NCBI RefSeq assembly: GCF_001194135.2
Contig: NC_068981.1
Location: 17,535,288-17,586,891, forward strand
Reading direction: 5' to 3'
From: Octopus bimaculoides
Taxonomy: Eukaryota
DNA: 51,604 nucleotides
The notes beneath the pieces are model-generated. The model did not search any database and was not told the origin of the DNA. It was given only the letters and a program-made list of their open reading frames with translations. The translations under genes and the position numbers were made by a program. Below are positions 12,041 through 23,337 of the stretch, one piece after another. The stretch's first letter is position 1; every line of letters begins with the position of its first letter.

Positions 12041-12171
12041 GTCTATCTATTAACAGGCGATAATGTGTAAACACCCATACATGTCCGGAGATGTCATCGC
12101 AATACCAAAGATCAGAATTACACACCACTGTATTCTATAACTAAATCTCTTATCAATTTATATCCGACAAG

Positions 12172-12380
12172 TTACTCGGTGACCCTGACGGTGCTGGTGC
12201 TACGTAAAAAACATCTAGTACACTCTGAAAACTGGTTGGTGTTAGGAAAGGCATCCAGCCGTAGAAATCATGCCAAAACAGACAATGGAACCTGGTTCAG
12301 CCCCCGGCCCTACCAGCTTCAGTCAAACCGCCCAACCCATGCCAGCATGGAAAATGGACGTTAAATGATGATGATGATGG

Positions 12381-12420
<40 letters not shown>
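12172..12420 (+). mobile_element. RTE-type LINE 3' tail (V-domain-like segment + ccaacccatgccagcatggaaa + (GAT)n)
   Basis: Homologous to 30640-30810. Confidence 0.8.
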
Positions 12421-12421
<1 letters not shown>

Positions 12422-12949
12422 GTCTCCCTTGCTTTTCTTGATTCCTCATTACATAAGTAAATTTGATTGATTAAATTTTTTTGGTTCACTAAATCATGTT
12501 AACACCGGATTTACAATGTATGTTCATAAATGTGAGACCAATTACATATGAGCGTGAAGAAGGGACCTTTCCCTCCCGCCCTAAATACAGAGGAACATAA
12601 CCTCCAATATTATTATGCTACAGTGAGACAAAATATATCTTCCTCCTGTAAATATGTTATAAGCATTAAATATATTTCCACATACTGAACTGTTTGGCAA
12701 TCATATGTTATGTTAAAAATAACCTCATGTTAGTTCCTTAGATTGTTTAAAGTTTTATAGCAAGGTTAATAACCTATGTTTTGCAAAGAAACACTCCCAC
12801 GTTACAGTGTTCTACCCTTAACAGCCAGTGTTTAAGTATTTAGAAGTTCGTGTTGGGAATGTAGTGGTACCCTAGTCAATATTTAGTGGAGACTGACCAA
12901 CAATTTTTTCAGGCTATTGCTGAGTAGTGTTATGACTCGATCGTTCTTT

Positions 12950-13027
12950 TGCTCTACAGCTCTGTCGCTCTATATCTATATAGCCATATATCTTCGTATT
13001 CTTATGGCTTTATAAAGCTGGAGATGT

Positions 13028-13068
<41 letters not shown>

Positions 13069-13800
13069 GCTTTATAGATCCATAAAGCTATAACGGCAGC
13101 TTTATAGTTCTATGGATAGATTGCTCTGTCGCTTTATTACTCTGTAGTCCTCTAACATATATAGCAATGAAGGCAATATAACACTATATGAAGACAATGT
13201 AACACTATAGCTCCACTATACATTTGGAAAATATCCAAATGTATAATTCTACAGCTTTGTGGCTCTAAAGCTCTGCGGTTTCATAGTTATGTACCTCTCT
13301 AATTCTCGAGTTTTATAGTATTGTACTTTTATAGTATTGTACCTTTGTTTCACAGCTCTATGTAGCTCTGAAGCTTTAAAGCCCTTGCTCTACATCGCTA
13401 CATCGCTTTAAGGAGCGATCTTTCGGTACTAGACCACCATAACTTCCGGTCGTTGTGCGCACGCATACTGATTACATTATCGTATAGTGCGTTTGTTTTT
13501 AAATGACTTGAAAATATGAAAAGACAACATTAAATAGAAAAAAAATGAATGGCCCACTAAACTCAAACCTTCTCCCCTCAGATTCATACAGTTCTTAAAC
13601 TTTAAACACATAAACACACTATACGATAATGTAATCAATATGCGTGCGCACAACGACCGGAAGTTATGGTGGTCTAGTACCGAAAGATCGCTCTACATCG
13701 CTATTGCACCGCTGCTCAATAATGTCTTTAGTTCTGTACCGCAAGATGTTTTTATAGCTCTGTAGCTTCGTTTCTCTGTATCTCTGTAACTCTATAGCAG
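12950..13800. repeat. degenerate cryptic tandem tract built on gctctatagc/gctctgtagc-like words
   Basis: Repeated ctctacagc, ctttatag, gctctgtagc and ctctatagc words. Interrupted by (TG)n and a MITE. Confidence 0.6.
13412..13693. mobile_element. MITE with 77-bp inverted repeats (1 mismatch), Kolobok-like left end
   Basis: 13413-13489 is the reverse complement of 13617-13693 except one base. Left junction is TTAA|GGAGCG; the right terminal C and TTAA are absent. Confidence 0.8.
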
Positions 13801-13830
13801 GGGTTGGAAAACACCTTATGTCATTGCCAG
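13798..13830 (+). mobile_element. possible 5' TIR relic of the Tc1 family seen at 43772-43934
   Basis: caggggttgga..aaacacctta versus caggggttggacaaaagaatgcaaacacctta (reverse of the 43934 end); internal deletion, no TA. Confidence 0.4.
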
Positions 13831-14559
13831 GTAGTGCTATGATACGATCATGGTACTGTTAATTTATTGACTCCCATCATGTAAATTTCTAAAATAAAAT
13901 CAAGTGTAATTAATAACGAATTTCCTGATTTAAAAATAATTCCCTTCGTTCTTTTGTGTCATCATCGTGTTTTTATAAGAAATATTTAAAGAAATTTAAT
14001 AAAACTGCTGAACGAAATTGGTAAAGAATGAATAAGATCCAATCATGTTTTATTAATGTAGTCGGAATATTTGTGTGAAATATGTGTTTGACGAATACAA
14101 GTTATTGCATTGACAGGAAATTAGTGAAGTTTTAGCCTTAAATTGATTAAAATACCCAAGGATCAGGTGCTAATGTTAAAGCGGGAAATGGACTAAGAAC
14201 GTGAACGATCCATTAGACGAAATTCCACAGTTTCCGTCTACTAAATTTCACTCCCAAAACTTTGGTCAACCTGATGCTGTTGTAGAAGATAGTTGCCCCA
14301 TGATGCTCCGAAATCATATAGCTGCAATGCGAACTGTTTTTTTTTTTGTTTTTTTTTAACTGAACGCTTGTACCTACGCCTAATAAAATAAAGTGTGTTT
14401 TACAGAGATTTAGCTTCTGTTTTAGCAGATAGAGTGGCTATGCAAAAGCCTCCCTCACTGGATCTAGTTTATGGAAGTTTTAGTTCCACCGGTTAAATAT
14501 CGGAGAGAAAAGAGAGAAAATCATGCTAGAAAGAAAAGAATATGTTCATTAGCTGCCGG

Positions 14560-14648
14560 ATAAAAGAGAGAGAGATACTCCTTCGGCAAAAGTATCGAAT
14601 AAAAGAGAGAGAGAGATTCCTACGGCAAAGGTGTTGAATAAAAGAGGA
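14560..14648. repeat. 39-bp tandem repeat, 2 units plus a partial third
   Basis: ataaaagagagagagatactccttcggcaaaagtatcga / ataaaagagagagagagattcctacggcaaaggtgttga / ataaaagagg. Confidence 0.8.
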
Positions 14649-15706
14649 AGAATTCTATTTAGTGTTCTGCGCTTATACTTATCGAGAGTTGGATGTAGGT
14701 CGGAGAACAATGGAAAGTGTATAAGTTTATAATTTAACCTAAGATTTTCGGGAAAACAATAAGACTTACATAAGTATGACAGTTGGCTGTCAAAAATTTC
14801 GAAGTGCTAATGTCGGGAACAATAGAATGGAACTTACAGAAAAATCTAGACTAAGGTTTCGATTCCCGATTAAGAATACAGGAAACGATATATATNNNNN
14901 NNNNNNNNNNNNNNNNNNNNNNNNNNNNNNNNNNNNNNNNNNNNNNNNNNNNNNNNNNNNNNNNNNNNNNNNNNNNNNNNNNNNNNNNNNNNNNNNNNNN
15001 NNNNNNNNNNNNNNNNNNNNNNNNNNNNNNNNNNNNNNNNNNNNNNNNNNNNNNNNNNNNNNNNNNNNNNNNNNNNNNNNNNNNNNNNNNNNNNNNNNNN
15101 NNNNNNNNNNNNNNNNNNNNNNNNNNNNNNNNNNNNNNNNNNNNNNNNNNNNNNNNNNNNNNNNNNNNNNNNNNNNNNNNNNNNNNNNNNNNNNNNNNNN
15201 NNNNNNNNNNNNNNNNNNNNNNNNNNNNNNNNNNNNNNNNNNNNNNNNNNNNNNNNNNNNNNNNNNNNNNNNNNNNNNNNNNNNNNNNNNNNNNNNNNNN
15301 NNNNNNNNNNNNNNNNNNNNNNNNNNNNNNNNNNNNNNNNNNNNNNNNNNNNNNNNNNNNNNNNNNNNNNNNNNNNNNNNNNNNNNNNNNNNNNNNNNNN
15401 NNNNNNNNNNNNNNNNNNNNNNNNNNNNNNNNNNNNNNNNNNNNNNNNNNNNNNNNNNNNNNNNNNNNNNNNNNNNNNNNNNNNNNNNNNNNNNNNNNNN
15501 NNNNNNNNNNNNNNNNNNNNNNNNNNNNNNNNNNNNNNNNNNNNNNNNNNNNNNNNNNNNNNNNNNNNNNNNNNNNNNNNNNNNNNNNNNNNNNNNNNNN
15601 NNNNNNNNNNNNNNNNNNNNNNNNNNNNNNNNNNNNNNNNNNNNNNNNNNNNNNNTATATATATATATATATATTTAAACATACCTATCCCAGCGCAGAA
15701 GAGATA

Positions 15707-16092
15707 TGGCGCGGCGGTGTGGTAGGAAGCTTGCTTCCCAACCACATGGTTCAAGGTCCAGTCCCACTGTGAGGTACCTTGGGCAAGTGTCTTCTACTAG
15801 CCTAGGGCCAACCAAAGCCTTGTGAGTGGATTTTGTAAATGGAAACTGAAAGAAGCCCGTCGTATATATATATATGTGTGTGTGTGTGTGTCTGTGTTTG
15901 TCCCCCCACTATCGCTTGAGAACCGATGTTGGTATGTTTATGTGCCTGTAACTTAACGGTTCGGCAAAAGAGACCGATAGAATAAGTATTAAGCTTACAA
16001 ACAATAAGTCCTGGGGTCGATTTGTTCGACTAAAGGCGGTGCTCCATCATGGCCGCAGTGAAATGACTGAAACAAATAAAAGAATAAAAGGA
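15707..16092 (+). mobile_element. SINE family A, full length
   Basis: Head, CORE-like segment, internal TA/TG tract, 3' half and taaaagaa tail. Confidence 0.9.
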
Positions 16093-16125
16093 TATATATA
16101 TATATACATGTATATATATATATAT

Positions 16126-16175
<50 letters not shown>

Positions 16176-16714
16176 NNNNNNNNNNATTGCCACTTAAGTG
16201 TGGCTGACCCCTAGGGGTGGACGTTACTGTTGCTTTTAGCCCCAGGAGGACATCTCCTCCAGCTGGCTTATCGACACACGACTGTGTCCTGTTTACATTC
16301 ATACATACACACACACACACATATATATATTTCACACACATATACATACACGCAAGGTTTATATCTTAGTTAAAAACTTTGTTGTATATAAACAGAAGGT
16401 TGTTTGTATATACAAGTTAATGTGTTTATGCAAGTTACGAGCACGATTGATAAACACTTCGCAAACACCTGAACCATCTCAAACACACCAGACACCGAAT
16501 TCTACAGAAACGTTTTTTTGTTTGTTTGTTGTTCACTTAGTAAATTACATGCAATTATGAATAAAAGCTTTATTTGGCATCTGAGCTCAAAGAAGGCAGC
16601 TGAAAGACCGGTTCCGGATTCACAACGCGCACGCCCATATCTTGTGGGTGTGGTTGTGTGTGAGGTAGGGGTGAGCGCGCAGGCGTCTTTGTGTTTGTGC
16701 TCTACTGACGCCTG

Positions 16715-16890
16715 ACAACCGGTATTGCTTTGTTTATATCCCTGTAACGTAGCAGTTCGGCAAAAGATCCCGATAGAATAAGTATCAGACATAGAAAAAA
16801 AAAATATGTACAGGGGTCGATTTGTTCGACTAAATTCTTCAAGGCGATGCCCCAGTATGGCCACAGTCCAATGACTAAAACTAGTAAAAG
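16715..16890 (+). mobile_element. SINE family A, 3' half
   Basis: gacaaccgg..gttcggcaaaag..ccgatagaataagta..ggggtcgatttgttcgactaa. Confidence 0.85.
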
Positions 16891-17839
16891 ATACTCAGAA
16901 AAATGTGGTGACATCATCACCATCATACCACTAATTCTTACACGACATATGGAACGGTAACTTGGTAGAGAGCCTTGTTTACCTGTTCTCACCTGGCAAT
17001 AGATGTTAGAAGATGTAGAGTAGAGCAATGCTCGACTGTCGTTATTCATTTGACGTTCTACATCTTCCCCCACTCCCAAATACGTAGTGTATTTTTTTGT
17101 TTTCTTAGGACTATTATTAGACGGTGCATAATGTTAAATATTTCAAGCAGTGTGTCCTGTCTAAGAATAGTGCCGTCTATAACAACAGCTTTGTCACTGG
17201 TTTAGCCTCCTGGCGCTCCCTGCATCAAATACGTTAACTCTTAACTAAACTTCTGTCTATAAATAGTCCAGTAGTGCACATATTGCTGAAAGTTTGAAAG
17301 ATGTGTTTTGTAAAGAATCCTGCAGTTAAAAACTGAATGCTGCAGCTATGACCCGCAGTCATTTGATAAATATAATGTAAATAAGTTTTTTCATTCAAAC
17401 CAACATTTGAATTAGAGGTAGAAACTACATTAAAATGTTATCGATAAAGAAACTCCAGAAATAGACGGCGTAAATATAAAAATAACTATGGCAATAAAAG
17501 AAGTATTAGTACTAAAGTTATTAGCATTTGTCTTGCAACTTTGTGGTGAAAACTGGTATTTTCTTAATGTCAATAAAAGATGCAATAATGACTACATTAT
17601 CCGAGAAAGAAACAAACAGAATTATAGACCACTCCGTATACAGCTTCTATTTTTAAAGAATATTCGAAAAATATTAGTCTCTTATAAGTTATATGGTTTC
17701 TTTATTTGATGATTATAAGATGATGTCCAAAGATTAAGCGGGTTTACTTCTCGTTGCTGCAGCTGGTTTGATATTGATCTTAGCCATAAGGCCGAGAAGC
17801 ATTTTCTCGTTGCTCAGCTAGCAAAAATAATTCAAAAGG

Positions 17840-17995
17840 ACCAGCCTTGTCATACTGTATCACGCTGACTATTCCTACTTTACTAGCGCGTGTTTGTTGA
17901 GTGTTCGGCCACTTGCACGTTAATTTCACGATCAGGCTGTTCTGTCGATCGGATCATCTAGAACATTCGTCGACGTAACCGACGGAGAGCCAAAA
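17840..17995 (+). mobile_element. SINE family C, 3' fragment
   Basis: ccacttgcacgttaatttcacga.caggctgttc..gatcggatca..cgacggag.gccaa. Confidence 0.8.
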
Positions 17996-18074
17996 TGTGG
18001 ATGTGGGTGATCACCAGAATTTAGTTAAAGAATTGTACACACAATGAGATATTTATGGAGAAGAAGTGAGCAGA

Positions 18075-18175
18075 TTAAATTGACCTCAGTATTTGACTGA
18101 AATTTTATCGTATCGACCCTAGAGGGAGAAAAGGAAAATTGACCACTGCTGGATTTGAACTCAGGGCGCAAAGGC
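18075..18175 (-). mobile_element. degenerate SINE family B
   Basis: tatcgaccc..ggatttgaactcag. Confidence 0.6.
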
Positions 18176-19849
18176 CGGTGACTAAACACTGTAATTAAGC
18201 TGCCAGGACAGGAGAAAATATACCTGCTATGTTCATGTTGGTAAACTGTAACTGCTGACTAAGTTGAGTAATGAGTGGTAACGATCGTTAACAGCAGCAA
18301 AATGAGTATGTGGTTAGCTTAGCTGCGGGCGGTCACAAACTGTGTGGATAGAGGTGAGACGTGTGAAATGAATCGGCCGGTCTCTGCGTGATATGGCCTG
18401 GCGAGAGTGAAGACGCGTTTCGCCAGAACGTCCTCGACTGGCTCTAAAAACGTGCCAAATTACAGGCCTTGTTAAAAGGATATTCTGAACGCTTCCACAA
18501 AGATGCATCACATGGTGTCTGGATTGGTCCATAACTCGGCCAATAACATGAAAAAGCTGTTACTATGCCGTGATTTTAAATTGGTAATTTGTTGATTCGG
18601 TTTCGAACCTTACTCCAGATGAAATTGTTTTTTAAATACTTCTGAAGCATTTGATACCTTGGCAAAGATATTCAACACTCTGGATCATTAATTCTTTTTT
18701 TTTTTTAATATGTAAAATAGAAAGGCATGATATCTGCTTTTTTTACGACTTGTTTTGGAATGACATATTTTCTTACATTTCAACTTATATTGGAATAACA
18801 TATTTTCTGACTCCAAAAAAGTCCATGAGTGATCAATTTTGGAACCAATACTATTTCTAATATACACTCATACTTTACCTGATTATATCAAATATATTCA
18901 CCATTACTATTTTTGCAAACGATTTCTAATACATTCTTGGAAGCGAACAACTTCAGTGAAGCAATTGTAATGATAAATGCTGAGTTTCCTAAAATGGACA
19001 GATGGTACAAATCAAATAGACTTACCCTGAAATTATGATAAAACTAAATTTATTATCTTTAAAAATTCTGAAATAAACCATCAGAAACAAGGCTCCTTAT
19101 TCATAAATGGCAATTATTAAATTGAACAATTTGATCATATAAAATGTTTAGGCCTAACGATCAACTAATTCAACGCATGAGTGGAAACAAACCATAAACC
19201 TTGTATCTAAAACATCAGAAACAATTGATATATTATGCAAGGCCAAAATATGTCTTCCTCATTCGTATTTAATGGAATTATACTAAGCATTAATTTATCT
19301 CTATATGATATATATGAATACAATATGGGGTAATAAAAATGACATCTATTTAAATGAAATCTACAAAAGTAAAAACAAAAACGCTGTTTGAATCATAGCT
19401 AATGTGTATATAATAGAAACGAGGGTCAAATAAGTTATACACAACTAGTTTTTGTCTAACTTGGAATACTATCAATTTCCTACGTAAACTTTATACGTAA
19501 AGGGTTTTATATATTTTTAAAAAAATACAAAGCAGTCTACTGTTACCGAAACTCCTACCACCGCCACCACCACATTCTACCATGTAAACATACAAGAGCA
19601 AACAAAGTGACGAATCAGCGAGAAGGTTAAATAAATTGTTTGTCTCGAGGCTGGATGAGGTAAAAACGAGGAACATAAAACCATCAACTAATCTACAAAT
19701 TAAGGAGGAAGTCTTAACGTGATTGCTCGACCAGTTAGAAATAACAGCCAAATCCCCCCCTATCGCATAGTATCGTCATATAATAATAATAATATCGCTT
19801 AGTATCGCCTTATTATAATAATAATAAGAAGAAGAAGAAGAAGAAGAAG

Positions 19850-20355
19850 AATTTCATTTATTTTCCATAAGGGCGAAGGATGAGGAGGACAAGACAGAGA
19901 CAGACATAAAGTGTGGAGGTTTACATATAATAATGAAATGATTAAAAGAAAAAGTAAGTATACACGGTATACTGGAAAAAGAAGGGACATATGCATAGCA
20001 TACAAAGATAAAATAAATAAATGGCGGGGAGGATGACAGAGATGTGGCCCTCCTGATACAAGAAGGCCTCTAGGGATAATCGAGGAACCTCACTGTCCTA
20101 GATTTTCCTGAAACCCTAGGAGCAAGTGTCTTCTCCAATGCCTTCTCTCCAATTCACAGGTCTACACTTCGCGAGGTACCATTCACTCTTGCCATTTTAG
20201 CAACTTTCACCCACCTTTCAGTAAACTCACTCGAGGACAGCACTTCCCACTCCACCCTCAATTTCCTTTTCAAGTGAAACTTGAAAAAGTCAATGAGAGC
20301 TCTACCAAAGAGGAATGTATCTGTCCTCATGTCTTTCAGCTTTGTCCACCTAACA
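19850..20355 (-). mobile_element. 3' end of a non-LTR retrotransposon, probably L1/Tx1-like
   Basis: ORF end RWTKLKDMRTDTFLFGRALIDFFKFHLKRKLRVEWEVLS...RWVKVAKMARV*, followed by a pyrimidine-rich UTR, AATAAA and a (CTT)n tail. Clade assignment is from memory. Confidence 0.55.
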
Positions 20356-20364
20356 TCGACTTTA

Positions 20365-20898
20365 GTACTCAACTGGTGCTTAGTTTATCGCCAGGATGAA
20401 AAGCAAAGCCTACATCGTTAGAATTTGAATTCAGAATGTAAAGACGGACGAAATGCTGCTAAGCAGTTTGTCCAGCGTGCTAACGAGTTTTTTCTACTCT
20501 AGGCACAAGGCCTGAAATTCTGGGAGAGGAGGCTAGTCGATCAGATCGACTCCAGTACGCAACTGGTACTTAATTTATCGACCCCGAAAGGATGAAAGGC
20601 AAAGTCGATCTCGACAGAATTTGAATTCAGAACATAAAGACGGACGAAATGCTGCTAAGCAGTTTGTCCAGCGTGCTAACGATTCTTTTCTACTCTAGGC
20701 ACAAGGCCCGAAATTCTGGGGAAGGGGGCTAATCGATTAGATCGACCTCAGGACACAACTGGTACTTAATTTATCGACCCCAAAAGGATGAAAGGCAAAG
20801 TCGACCTCGGCGGAATTTGAACTCAGAACGTAAAGACAGACGAAATACCGCCAAGCATTTTGTCCGGCGTGCTAACGTTTCTGCCAGCTCGTTGCCTT
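20365..20898 (-). mobile_element. tandem array of three SINE family B copies
   Basis: Junctions at 20486/20487 and 20682/20683, both right after gtgctaacga. The right-hand copy is full length. Confidence 0.92.
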
Positions 20899-20917
20899 TT
20901 TAATGGCTTCAATTTTT

Positions 20918-21452
20918 GGCACAGGCCCAGCCATTTTATAGGGAGAAAGTTAGTCAATTTCATTNNNNNNNNNNNNNNNNNNNNNNNNNNNNNNNNNNNN
21001 NNNNNNNNNNNNNNNNNNNNNNNNNNNNNNNNNNNNNNNNNNNNNNNNNNNNNNNNNNNNNNNNNNNNNNNNNNNNNNNNNNNNNNNNNNNNNNNNNNNN
21101 NNNNNNNNNNNNNNNNNNNNNNNNNNNNNNNNNNNNNNNNNNNNNNNNNNNNNNNNNNNNNNNNNNNNNNNNNNNNNNNNNNNNNNNNNNNNNNNNNNNN
21201 NNNNNNNNNNNNNNNNNNNNNNNNNNNNNNNNNNNNNNNNNNNNNNNNNNNNNNNNNNNNNNNNNNNNNNNNNNNNNNNNNNNNNNNNNNNNNNNNNNNN
21301 NNNNNNNNNNNNNNNNNNNNNNNNNNNNNNNNNNNNNNNNNNNNNNNNNNNNNNNNNNNNNNNNNNNNNNNNNNNNNNNNNNNGTAAAGACCGGCGAAAT
21401 GCCGCTAAGTATTTTGCCTGATGTGCTAACGATTTGGCCAACTCGTCGCCTT
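20918..21452 (-). mobile_element. SINE family B spanning a gap
   Basis: 3' tip ggcacaggccc before the gap; head gtaaagaccggcgaaatgccgctaag..ctcgtcgcctt after it. Confidence 0.7.
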
Positions 21453-21744
21453 TCACCTCGTGTATGATATCGACAGTTGTTATATGAGATGAGATAACTG
21501 CATCAAAAAGATATTCAAATTAAGTCAGTCACCACAAAGTCTGAACGATGTTAGGAAGAAACAATGAAAAAAACAAGCTAAGGCAATTTTTAACTCCCTT
21601 CTGATGAATTGTGCGTAGACGGAAAATTAGCTATTGTTCGTGGTGTAAACGAAAGATAGTGAAATCAAGGCGATGAATGAGATCGCAGACGGAGAGATTC
21701 GGGTAGGTATAGCAAAGAGAACTGAAGTGATGGGCTACAGGTCG

Positions 21745-21808
21745 TCCTTTCGGGATCAATAAAATAAGTACCAGTTGAGAACTAGGGTCAATATCATCGA
21801 CTTAACTA
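21745..21808 (+). mobile_element. SINE family B fragment in forward orientation
   Basis: cctttcgggatcaataaaataagtaccagttgagaactagggtcaat. Confidence 0.7.
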
Positions 21809-22062
21809 CATCTGGGTATGAGTACAAAAAACAGCATCCCTCTGTCGAGCCATGTCGAGCCAGAGTGGCAGAGTAGACCAATCAAACCAGTACAATCTCA
21901 AGCCATTCTCTGATGGAGAGAACATGCTGAGGTCTTCGTCCTGTAGTAGACTGACCATGGACAATTCAATCCAATCCAAATACATTATGAAAACTGGGTT
22001 AAGCTTCAAGTTAGTCATGAATCCTAGACCTAAGTTTATTGCTCTGTTGATATATTGTGATG

Positions 22063-22449
22063 GTGGAGGCGCAATGACCCAGTGGTTAGAGCAGCGGACT
22101 TGCGGTCATAGGATCGCGGTTTCGATTCCCAGACCGGGCGTTGTGAGTGTTTATTGAGCGAATACACCTAAAGCTCCACGAGGCTCCGGCAGGGGATGGT
22201 GGCGAACCCTGCTGTACTCTTTCACCACAACTTTCTCTCACTCTTACTTCCTGTTTCTGTTGTGCCTGTAATTCAAAGGGTCAGCCCTGTCACACTGTGT
22301 CACGCTGAATATCCCCGAGAACTACGTTAAGGGTATACGTGTCTGTGGAGTGCTCAGCCACTTGCACGTTAATTTCACGAGCAGGCTGTTCCGTTGATCG
22401 GATCAACTGGAACCCTCGACGTTGTAAGCGACGGAGTGCCAAGAACAAC
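22063..22449 (+). mobile_element. SINE family C, full length, with 11-bp TSD
   Basis: tRNA head (cagtggttag; gtttcgattccc) and (AAC) tail. TSD atattgtgatg at 22052-22062 and 22450-22460. Confidence 0.93.
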
Positions 22450-22916
22450 ATATTGTGATGATGATATGCAGGTGGTCTGCAAAAAGTTATGAGATTGGTT
22501 ACCAAGTGGCTTTGTGAAGCAGAATGTGATGTCAAAGAAGAATTGTTCTAGTTGTTGGCTTGGAATTATGTGGGTGATGGTGTGGGTTGATTCAGATATA
22601 AAAATAAAAGTGTAACTGTGATGCTATTATGCTACCTCTTGTGTTATCTGTATTGTTTTAAAATCAGGATGTATTGATAAGTTAACGTCTCCTTCAATAG
22701 TATTATCTAGAAACGTCTTTAAATGTTGTAGTTGGAAACATCGGTCCATGGCAGAACTATTCATTTTTGCCAGCTGAGTCGACTGGAGCAATGTGAAATG
22801 AAGTGTTTTGCTCAAGAACATAACGTGTCACCCAGTCCGGGAATGGAAACCATGATCTCATAATCATGAGTCCAACACTCTAACCACTAAGCCATGCATC
22901 TCCACTACACAGAGAC

Positions 22917-22919
22917 AGC

Positions 22920-22995
<76 letters not shown>

Positions 22996-23092
22996 CAGAC
23001 AGGCAGGCAGGCAGGCAGATAGGTGGGCAGACAGACCGACAGGTGGGTAGACAGACAGACAAACTGACAGATAGACAGACGGGCAGGAGGAC

Positions 23093-23143
<51 letters not shown>

Positions 23144-23227
23144 CAGGCAGGCAGACAGACAGACTGACAGACAGACAGAGAGACAGACAGGCAGGTAGGT
23201 AGGTAGGTAGGTAGGTAGGTAGGTAGG

Positions 23228-23262
<35 letters not shown>

Positions 23263-23337
23263 GCAGGCAGGTCGACAGACAGGTAGGTAGGTAGATAGAG
23301 AGATAGATAGAATGATAAATAGATAGATAGATAGATA
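22917..23337. repeat. compound GATA/GACA/GGCA/GGTA microsatellite
   Basis: Visible directly. Confidence 0.95.

Larger units (their letters stand above)
17440..19480 (+). mobile_element. decayed CR1/L2-type LINE RT, interrupted by SINE fragments and a CpG-rich insert
   Basis: KETPEIDGV, QNYRPL, SEAFDTL (cf. SKAFDTV), ILEPILFLIY, IFAND (cf. FADD), WYKSNRLTL..KT, IKCLGLTI and TIWGN appear in collinear RT order. Confidence 0.65.

Noticed and set aside
14560-14648. CRISPR-like array (also considered for 20365-20898 and 30416-30650)
   Set aside because: There are no unique spacers between repeats, no cas genes, and the context is eukaryotic.
16240-16270. ccag-gaggacatctcctc-cagctgg as an HDV-like ribozyme
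   Set aside because: The P1/P1.1/P2/P3 nested pseudoknot could not be assembled.
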